From assembly GCA_002189035.1 (NCBI GenBank), contig NEEC01000128.1, positions 1 through 25,689 on the forward strand: a DNA stretch of 25,689 nucleotides. The letters are read 5' to 3'. How positions within the stretch are numbered: position 1 is the first letter of the stretch; every line of letters begins with the position of its first letter. A program made the translations under genes and the position numbers. Of the stretch, positions 1-9,720 are shown one piece after another. Below the pieces are notes generated by a model. The model did not search any database and was not told where the DNA came from. It worked only from the letters and a program-made list of their open reading frames with translations. The DNA is from Utricularia gibba (Eukaryota > Plantae > Magnoliophyta).

Positions 1-3000
1 GATACACGGCAAAAAGAATCAAATAGCCACTAGAGACATGGTGTATGGGAATGGTGCATCAAGAATCAGAAGTATCATGGCAACTAATTGAATCAATCAA
101 CAGCCAAAACATATGGTGTCAAACTTCATCGGATATGCGATCAAGATGGAAAAAAGTCACATGTTACATCATGAATTTCGTGGCATCACTTATCCCAACA
201 CTTTATACTCAGGTATGCGTAAATATTTATTTTAAACAAATCCGGTGCACGTGTGATTTTTAGGCTGCACCCCGAATGGTGATGCGCAATGAAATGACTA
301 GGTCGCACATCCTGGTCCACGAAGCACCTCTTCCAAAACATGCAGATCCTAACTCTTCATAGCACACCATTGGGAAGCCCATTCGAGCTCCAAGTAGTAT
401 AATTTGGAGTTTCGTTTGTCCGATAACTGTGGACATATTAAAAACAAACCACAACGAAAAGTGTCTTACGTGTCCTTCCTTGGTGGCTGCGTTTAAATAA
501 TGTGCTTCTCGTTCTCGAAATTGATGCAAACAAGATACACGGCAAAAGAATCAAATAGCCACTAGAGACATGGTGTAAGGGAATGGTGCATCAAGAATCA
601 GAAGTATCATAGCAACTAATTGCATCAATCAACAGCCAAAACATATGGTGTCAAACTTCATCGGATATGCGATCAAGATGGAAAAAAGTCACATGTTACA
701 TCATGAATTTCGTGGCATCACTTATCCCAACACTATTATACTCCAGGTACGCAAAATGTTTACTTTTAACGAATCCAGTGCACGTGTGATTTTTAGGCTG
801 CACCCGAATGGTGATGCGCAATGAAATGACTAGGTCGCACATCCTGGTCCACGAAGCACCTCTTCCAAAACATGCAGATCTAACTCTTCATAGCACACCA
901 TTGGGAAGCCCGATTCGAGCTCCAAGTAGTATAATTTGGAGTTTCGTTTGTCCGATAACTGTGGACATATTAAAAACAAACCACAACGAAAAGTGTCTTA
1001 CGTGTCCTTCCTTGGTGGCTGCGTTTAATATGTGCTTCTCGTTCTCGAAATTGATGCAAATGGGATACACGGCAAAAGAATCAAATAGCCACTAGAGACA
1101 TGGTGTAAGGGAATGGTGCATCAAGAATCAGAAGTATCATAGCAACTAATTGCATCAATCAACAGCCAAAACATGGTGTCAAACTTCATCGGATATGCGA
1201 TCAAGATGGAAAAAAGTCACATGTTACATCATGAATTTCGTGGCATCACTTATCCCAACACTATTATACTCCAGGTACGCAAAAATGTTTACTTTTAACG
1301 AATCCAGTGCACGTGTGATTTTTAGGCTGCACCCCGAATGGTGATGCGCAATGAAATGACTAGGTCGCACATCCTGGTCCACGAAGCACCTCTTCCAAAT
1401 CATGCAGATCCTAACTCTTCATAGCACACCATTGGGAAGCCCGATTCGAGCTCCAAGTAGTATAATTTGGAGTTTCGTTTGTCCGATAACTGTGGACATA
1501 TTAAAAACAAACCACAACGAAAAGTGTCTTACGTGTCCTTCCTTGGTGGCTGCGTTTAATATTGTGCTTCTCGTTCTCGAAATTGATGCAAACAAGATAC
1601 ACGGAAAAAAAGAATCAAATAGCCACTAGAGACATGGTGTATGGGAATGGTGCATCAAGAATCAGAAGTATCATGGCAACTAATTGAATCAATCAACAGC
1701 CAAAACATATGGTGTCAAACTTCATCGGATATGCGATCAAGATGGAAAAAAGTCACATGTTACATCATGAATTTCGTGGCATCACTTATCCCAACACTAT
1801 TATACACCAGGTACGCAAAAATGTTTACTTTTAACGAATCCAGTGCACGTGTGATTTTTAGGCTGCACCCCGAATGGTGATGCGCAATGAAATGACTATG
1901 TCGCACATCCTGGTCCACGAAGCACCTCTTCCAAAACATGCAGATCCTAACTCTTCATAGCACACCATTGGGAAGCCCGATTCGAGCTCCAAGTAGTATA
2001 ATTTGGAGTTCGTTTGTCCGATAACTGTGGACATATTAAAAACAAACCACAACGAAAAGTGTCTTACGTGTCCTTCCTTGGTGGCTGCGTTTAATATTGT
2101 GCTTCTCGTTCTCGAAATTGATGCAAACAAGATACACGGCAAAAGAATCAAATAGCCACTAGAGACATGGTGTAGGGAATGGTGCATCAAGAATCAGAAG
2201 TATCATGGCAACTAATTGCATCAATCAACAGCCAAAACATATGGTGTCAAACTTCATCGGATATGCGATCAAGATGGAAAAAAGTCACATGTTACATCAT
2301 GAATTTCGTGGCATCACTTATCCCAACACTATTATACACCAGGTACGCAAAATGTTTACTTTTAACGAATCCAGTGCACGTGTGATTTTTAGGCTGCACC
2401 CGAATGGTGATGCGCAATGAAATGACTATGTCGCACATCCTGGTCACGAAGCACCTCTTCCAAAACATGCAGATCCTAACTCTTCATAGCACACCATTGG
2501 GAAGCCCGATTCGAGCTCCAAGTAGTATAATTTGGAGTTTCGTTTGTCCGATAACTGTGGACATATTAAAACAAACCACAACGAAAAGTGTCTTACGTGT
2601 CCTTCCTTGGTGGCTGCGTTTAATATTGTGCTTCTCGTTCTCGAAATTGATGCAAAAGATACACGGCAAAAGAATCAAATAGCCACTAGAGACATGGTGT
2701 ATGGGAATGGTGCATCAAGAATCAGAAGTATCATGGCAACTAATTGAATCAATCAACAGCCAAAACATATGGTGTCAAACTTCATCGGATATGCGATCAA
2801 GATGGAAAAAAGTCACATGTTACATCATGAATTTCGTGGCATCACTTATCCCAACACTATTATACTCAGGTACGCAAAAATGTTTACTTTTAACGAATCC
2901 AGTGCACGTGTGATTTTTAGGCTGCACCCCGAATGGTGATGCGCAATGAAATGACTAGTCGCACATCCTGGTCCACGAAGCACCTCTTCCAAAACATGCA

Positions 3001-3821
3001 GATCCTAACTCTTCATAGCACACCATTGGGAAGCCCGATTCGAGCTCCAAGTAGTATAATTTGGAGTTTCGTTTGTCCGATAACTGTGGACATATTAAAA
3101 ACAAACCACAACGAAAAGTGTCTTACGTGTCCTTCCTTGGTGGCTGCGTTTAATAATGTGCTTCTCGTTCTCGAAATTGATGCAAATGGGATACACGGCA
3201 AAAGAATCAAATAGCCACTAGAGACATGGTGTATGGGAATGGTGCATCAAGAATCAGAAGTATCATGGCAACTAATTGAATCAATCAACAGCCAAAACAT
3301 ATGGTGTCAAACTTCATCGGATATGCGATCAAGATGGAAAAAAGTCACATGTTACATCATGAATTTCGTGGCATCACTTATCCCAACACTATTATACTCA
3401 GGTACGCAAAAATGTTTATTTTTAACGAATCCAGTGCACGTGTGATTTTTAGGCTGCACCCCGAATGGTGATGCGCAATGAAATGACTAGTCGCACATCC
3501 TGGTCCACGAAGCACCTCTTCCAAAACATGCAGATCCTAACTCTTCATAGCACACCATTGGGAAGCCCGATTCGAGCTCCAAGTAGTATAATTTGGAGTT
3601 TCGTTTGTCCGATAACTGTGGACATATTAAAAACAAACCACAACGAAAAGTGTCTTACGTGTCCTTCCTTGGTGGCTGCGTTTAATATTGTGCTTCTCGT
3701 TCTCGAAATTGATGCAAAAGATACACGGCAAAAGAATCAAATAGCCACTAGAGACATGGTGTATGGGAATGGTGCATCAAGAATCAGAAGTATCATAGCA
3801 ACTAATTGAATCAATCAACAG

Positions 3822-4035
3822 CCAAAACATATGGTGTCAAACTTCATCGGATATGCGATCAAGATGGAAAAAAGTCACATGTTACATCATGAATTTCGTG
3901 GCATCACTTATCCCAACACTATTATACTCCAGGTACGCAAAAATGTTTACTTTTAACGAATCCAGTGCACGTGTGATTTTTAGGCTGCACCCCGAATGGT
4001 GATGCGCAATGAAATGACTAGGTCGCACATCCTGG
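3822..4035. repeat. Subunit A of the monomer: ~214-bp imperfect palindrome (fold-back), present in every intact copy
   Basis: Complementary motif pairs are symmetric about 3925-3931: CCA/TGG, GTCA/TGAC, TTCAT/ATGAA, TGCGATCA/TGATGCGCA, AAAAAgTCACAtGT/ACgTGTGATTTTT and TTCGT/ACGAA. Confidence 0.65.
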
Positions 4036-4052
4036 TCCACGAAGCACCTCTT

Positions 4053-4253
4053 CCAAAACATGCAGATCCTAACTCTTCATAGCACACCATTGGGAAGCCC
4101 GATTCGAGCTCCAAGTAGTATAATTTGGAGTTTCGTTTGTCCGATAACTGTGGACATATTAAAAACAAACCACAACGAAAAGTGTCTTACGTGTCCTTCC
4201 TTGGTGGCTGCGTTTAATATTGTGCTTCTCGTTCTCGAAATTGATGCAAACAA
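4053..4253. repeat. Subunit B of the monomer: ~200-bp imperfect palindrome, a diverged homologue of subunit A
   Basis: Complementary pairs are symmetric about 4152-4158: TGCA/TGCA, AGCACA/TGTGCT, AGCC/GGCT, CCAAG/CTTGG, TTTCGTT/AACGAAA, and CCA/TGG in copies with the tgg allele. Eight motifs are collinear with subunit A at offsets of 219-238 bp. Confidence 0.6.
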
Positions 4254-7200
4254 GATACACGGCAAAAGAATCAAATAGCCACTAGAGACATGGTGTATGG
4301 GAATGGTGCATCAAGAATCAGAAGTATCATGGCAACTAATTGAATCAATCAACAGCCAAAACATATGGTGTCAAACTTCATCGGATATGCGATCAAGATG
4401 GAAAAAAGTCACATGTTACATCATGAATTTCGTGGCATCACTTATCCCAACACTATTATACTCCAGGTACGCAAAAATGTTTACTTTTAACGAATCCAGT
4501 GCACGTGTGATTTTTAGGCTGCACCCCGAATGGTGATGCGCAATGAAATGACTAGTCGCACATCCTGGTCCACGAAGCACCTCTTCCAAAACATGCAGAT
4601 CCTAACGCACACCATTGGGAAGCCCGATTCGAGCTCCAAGTAGTATAATTTGGAGTTTCGTTTGTCCGATAACTGTGGACATATTAAAAACAAACCACAA
4701 CGAAAAGTGTCTTACGTGTCCTTCCTTGGTGGCTGCGTTTAATATTGTGCTTCTCGTTCTCGAAATTGATGCAAAAGATACACGGCAAAAGAATCAAATA
4801 GCCACTAGAGACATGGTGTATGGGAATGGTGCATCAAGAATCAGAAGTATCATGCAACTAATTGAATCAATCAACAGCCAAAATATGGTGTCAAACTTCA
4901 TCGGATATGCGATCAAGATGGAAAAAAGTCACATGTTACATCATGAATTTCGTGGCATCACTTATCCCAACACTATTATACTCAGGTATGCAAAAATATT
5001 TATTTTTAACAAATCCAGTGCACGTGTGATTTTTAGGCTGCACCCCGAATGGTGATGCGCAATGAAATGACTATGTCGCACATCCTGGTCCACGAAGCAC
5101 CTCTTCCAAAACATGCAGATCCTAACTCTTCATAGCACACCATTGGGAAGCCCGATTCGAGCTCCAAGTAGTATAATTTGGAGTTTCGTTTGTCCGATAA
5201 CTGTGGACATATTAAAAACAAACCACAACGAAAAGTGTCTTACGTGTCCTTCCTTGGTGGCTGCGTTTAATATTGTGCTTCTCGTTCTCGAAATTGATGC
5301 AAACAAGATACACGGCAAAAGAATCAAATAGCCACTAGAGACATGGTGTATGGGAATGGTGCATCAAGAATCAGAAGTATCATGCAACTAATTGAATCAA
5401 TCAACAGCCAAAACATATGGTGTCAAACTTCATCGGATATGCGATCAAGATGGAAAAAAGTCACATGTTACATCATGAATTTCGTGGCATCACTTATCCC
5501 AACACTATTATACTCAGGTACGCAAAAATGTTTACTTTTAACGAATCCAGTGCACGTGTGATTTTTAGGCTGCACCCCGAATGGTGATGCGCAATGAAAT
5601 GACTAGGTCGCACATCCTGGTCCACGAAGCACCTCTTCCAAAACATGCAGATCCTAACTCTTCATAGCACACCATTGGGAAGCCCGATTCGAGCTCCAAG
5701 TAGTATAATTTGGAGTTTCGTTTGTCCGATAACTGTGGACATATTAAAAACAAACCACAACGAAAAGTGTCTTACGTGTCCTTCCTTGGTGGCTGCGTTT
5801 AATATTGTGCTTCTCGTTCTCGAAATTGATGCAAACATACACGGCAAAAGAATCAAATAGCCACTAGAGACATGGTGTATGGGAATGGTGCATCAAGAAT
5901 CAGAAGTATCATGCAACTAATTGAATCAATCAACAGCCAAAACATATGGTGTCAAACTTCATCGGATATGCGATCAAGATGGAAAAAAGTCACATGTTAC
6001 ATCATGAATTTCGTGGCATCACTTATCCCAACACTATTATACTCCAGGTACGCAAAAATGTTTACTTTTAACGAATCCAGTGCACGTGTGATTTTTAGGC
6101 TGCACCCCGAATGGTGATGCGCAATGAAATGACTAGGTCGCACATCCTGGTCCACGAAGCACCTCTTCCAAAACATGCAGATCCTAACTCTTCATAGCAC
6201 ACCATTGGGAAGCCCGATTCGAGCTCCAAGTAGTATAATTTGGAGTTTCGTTTGTCCGATAACTGTGGACATATTAAAAACAAACCACAACGAAAAGTGT
6301 CTTACGTGTCCTTCCTTGGTGGCTGCGTTTAATATTGTGCTTCTCGTTCTCGAAATTGATGCAAAAGATACACGGCAAAAGAATCAAATAGCCACTAGAG
6401 ACATGGTGTATGGGAATGGTGCATCAAGAATCAGAAGTATCATGGCAACTAATTGAATCAATCAACAGCCAAAACATATGGTGTCAAACTTCATCGGATA
6501 TGCGATCAAGATGGAAAAAAGTCACATGTTACATCATGAATTTCGTGGCATCACTTATCCCAACACTATTATACTCCAGGTACGCAAAAATGTTTACTTT
6601 TAACGAATCCAGTGCACGTGTGATTTTTAGGCTGCACCCCGAATGGTGATGCGCAATGAAATGACTAGGTCGCACATCCTGGTCCACGAAGCACCTCTTC
6701 CAAAACATGCAGATCCTAACTCTTCATAGCACACCATTGGGAAGCCCGATTCGAGCTCCAAGTAGTATAATTTGGAGTTTCGTTTGTCCGATAACTGTGG
6801 ACATATTAAAAACAAACCACAACGAAAAGTGTCTTACGTGTCCTTCCTTGGTGGCTGCGTTTAATATTGTGCTTCTCGTTCTCGAAATTGATGCAACAAG
6901 ATACACGGCAAAAGAATCAAATAGCCACTAGAGACATGGTGTATGGGAATGGTGCATCAAGAATCAGAAGTATCATGGCAACTAATTGAATCAATCAACA
7001 GCCAAAACATATGGTGTCAAACTTCATCGGATATGCGATCAAGATGGAAAAAAGTCACATGTTACATCATGAATTTCGTGGCATCACTTATCCCAACACT
7101 ATTATACTCCAGGTACGCAAAAATGTTTACTTTTAACGAATCCAGTGCACGTGTGATTTTTAGGCTGCACCCCGAATGGTGATGCGCAATGAAATGACTA

Positions 7201-8410
7201 TGTCGCACATCCTGGTCCACGAAGCACCTCTTCCAAAACATGCAGATCCTAACTCTTCATAGCACACCATTGGGAAGCCCGATTCGAGCTCCAAGTAGTA
7301 TAATTTGGAGTTTCGTTTGTCCGATAACTGTGGACATATTAAAAACAAACCACAACGAAAAGTGTCTTACGTGTCCTTCCTTGGTGGCTGCGTTTAATAT
7401 TGTGCTTCTCGTTCTCGAAATTGATGCAAACAAGATACACGGCAAAAGAATCAAATAGCCACTAGAGACATGGTGTATGGGAATGGTGCATCAAGAATCA
7501 GAAGTATCATGGCAACTAATTGAATCAATCAACAGCCAAAACATATGGTGTCAAACTTCATCGGATATGCGATCAAGATGGAAAAAAGTCACATGTTACA
7601 TCATGAATTTCGTGGCATCACTTATCCCAACACTGTTGTATACTCAGGTATGCAAAATTTATTTTTAACAAATCCGGTGCACGTGTGATTTTTAGGCTGC
7701 ACCCCGAATGGTGATGCGCAATGAAATGACTAGGTCGCACATCCTGGTCCACGAAGCACCTCTTCCAAAACATGCAGATCCTAACTCTTCATAGCACACC
7801 ATTGGGAAGCCCGATTCGAGCTCCAAGTAGTATAATTTGGAGTTTCGTTTGTCCGATAACTGTGGACATATTAAAAACAAACCACAACGAAAAGTGTCTT
7901 ACGTGTCCTTCCTTGGTGGCTGCGTTTAATATTGTGCTTCTCGTTCTCGAAATTGATGCAAACAAGATACACGGCAAAAGAATCAAATAGCCACTAGAGA
8001 CATGGTGTATGGGAATGGTGCATCAAGAATCAGAAGTATCATGGCAACTAATTGAATCAATCAACAGCCAAAACATATGGTGTCAAACTTCATCGGATAT
8101 GCGATCAAGATGGAAAAAAGTCACATGTTACATCATGAATTTCGTGGCATCACTTATCCCAACACTATTATACTCCAGGTACGCAAAAATGTTTACTTTT
8201 AACGAATCCAGTGCACGTGTGATTTTTAGGCTGCACCCCGAATGGTGATGCGCAATGAAATGACTAGTCGCACATCCTGGTCCACGAAGCACCTCTTCCA
8301 AAACATGCAGATCCTAACTCTTCATAGCACACCATTGGGAAGCCCGATTCGAGCTCCAAGTAGTATAATTTGGAGTTTCGTTTGTCCGATAACTGTGGAC
8401 ATATTAAAAA

Positions 8411-8750
8411 CAAACCACGAAAAGTGTCTTACGTGTCCTTCCTTGGTGGCTGCGTTTAATAAAATTGATGCTTCAAATAGCCACTAGAGACATGGTCATC
8501 AAGAATCAGAAGTATCATGGCAACTAATTGCAATCAACAGCCAAAACATATGGTGTCAAACTTCATCGGATATGCGATCAAGATTCACATGTTACATCAT
8601 GAATTTCGTGGCATCACTTATCCCAGTGTCCGACGTCTGTGGTGATGCGCAATGAAATGACTAACAACGAAGCAAAAACATGCAGGCACACCATTGGGAA
8701 GCCCGATTCGAGCTCCAAGTAGTATAATTTGGAGTTTCGTTTGTCCTAAC
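8411..8750 (+). repeat. Deletion-riddled monomers (end of copy 16, copy 17 ~385 bp)
   Basis: Monomer fragments stay in normal order but are separated by many 3-70-bp gaps. Confidence 0.8.
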
Positions 8751-9300
8751 TGTGGACATATTAAAAACAAACCACAACGAAAAGTGTCTTACGTGTCCTT
8801 CCTTGGTGGCTGCGTTTAATATTGTGCTTCTCGTTCTCGAAATTGATGCAAACAAGATACACGGCAAAAGAATCAAATAGCCACTAGAGACATGGTGTAT
8901 GGGAATGGTGCATCAAGAATCAGAAGTATCATGGCAACTAATTGCATCAATCAACAGCCAAAACATATGGTGTCAAACTTCATCGGATATGCGATCAAGA
9001 TGGAAAAAAGTCACATGTTACATCATGAATTTCGTGGCATCACTTATCCCAACACTATTATACTCCAGGTACGCAAAAATGTTTACTTTTAACGAATCCA
9101 GTGCACGTGTGATTTTTAGGCTGCACCCCGAATGGTGATGCGCAATGAAATGACTAGGTCGCACATCCTGGTCCACGAAGCACCTCTTCCAAAACATGCA
9201 GATCCTAACTCTTCATAGCACACCATTGGGAAGCCCGATTCGAGCTCCAAGTAGTATAATTTGGAGTTTCGTTTGTCCGATAACTGTGGACATATTAAAA

Positions 9301-9720
9301 ACCAAACCACAACGAAAAGTGTCTTACGTGTCCTTCCGGTGGCTGCGTTTAATATTGAAAGCGTTCTCGAAATTGTGATGGCTTCGCACTACGGAAAAGA
9401 ATCAAATAGCCACTAGAGAGCTCTAGGTGTATGTGGACATGGTGCAAAGAATCAGATAGTCATCATAGCAACTCAAGAATTGGCAACTCAATCAACAGCC
9501 AAAACATATGGTGTCAAACTTCATCGGATATGCGATCAAGATGGAAAAAAGTCACATGTTACATCATGAATTTCGTGGCATCACTTATCCCAACACTATT
9601 ATACTCAGGTACGCACTTTTAACGAATCCAGTGCACGTGTGATTTTTAGGCTGCACCCGAATGGTGATGCGCAATGAAATGACTAGTCGCACATCCTGAC
9701 GAAGCACCTCTTCCAAAACA
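9301..9720 (+). repeat. Degenerate monomer junction (copies 18/19)
   Basis: There are substitutions, small duplications and deletions, e.g. ctctaggtgtatgtggacatggtgcaaagaatcagatagtcatcatagcaactcaagaattggcaactcaatc. Confidence 0.75.

Larger units (their letters stand above)
3720..4253 (+). repeat. Reference full-length monomer (copy 8), 534 bp, subfamily 1
   Basis: Hand count: 116 C + 104 G of 534 (41% GC), 20 CpG, 23 GpC. It carries single NdeI, PciI, BspHI, ApaLI, PmlI, FspI and SacI sites. Confidence 0.95.

Noticed and set aside
3727-3751. Helitron 3' end (hairpin + CTAG)
   Set aside because: CTAG is present, but the upstream stem is only GGC/GCC, and there is no defined 5' TC end or flanking insertion site.
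3841-3900. Possible hammerhead ribozyme on the minus strand (CGAAA ... CCGAUGA), as found in some satellites
   Set aside because: The core is CCGAUGA rather than CUGANGA, the G10.1-C11.1 pair is missing, and stems I-III cannot be built.
3933-3983. Intron-like 51-nt segment CAG|GTACG...TTTAAC...TTTTTAG|G, or an SL-RNA-like donor plus Sm-like site
   Set aside because: Splicing is in frame and still stops six codons later. There is no known spliced leader, the Sm motif is non-canonical (AUUUUUA), and such motifs arise by chance.
3977-4072. Telomere-like TTTAGG/CCTAA motifs and CENP-B-box-like TTCG...CGGG
   Set aside because: These are isolated single occurrences, and the CENP-B box spacing is not met.
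4091-4112. Pol III B-box/tRNA-like motif on the minus strand (GCTCGAATC...CCA)
   Set aside because: It mismatches GTTCRANNC, has no T-arm stem, no properly spaced A-box and no cloverleaf.
3720-4253. 534 = 3 x 178-bp nucleosome-sized trimer
   Set aside because: The internal homology offsets are ~220-238 and ~75 bp, not 178 bp.
3720-4253. Apparent abundance of 6-bp palindromes (7 restriction sites)
   Set aside because: About 8 are expected by chance in 534 bp.
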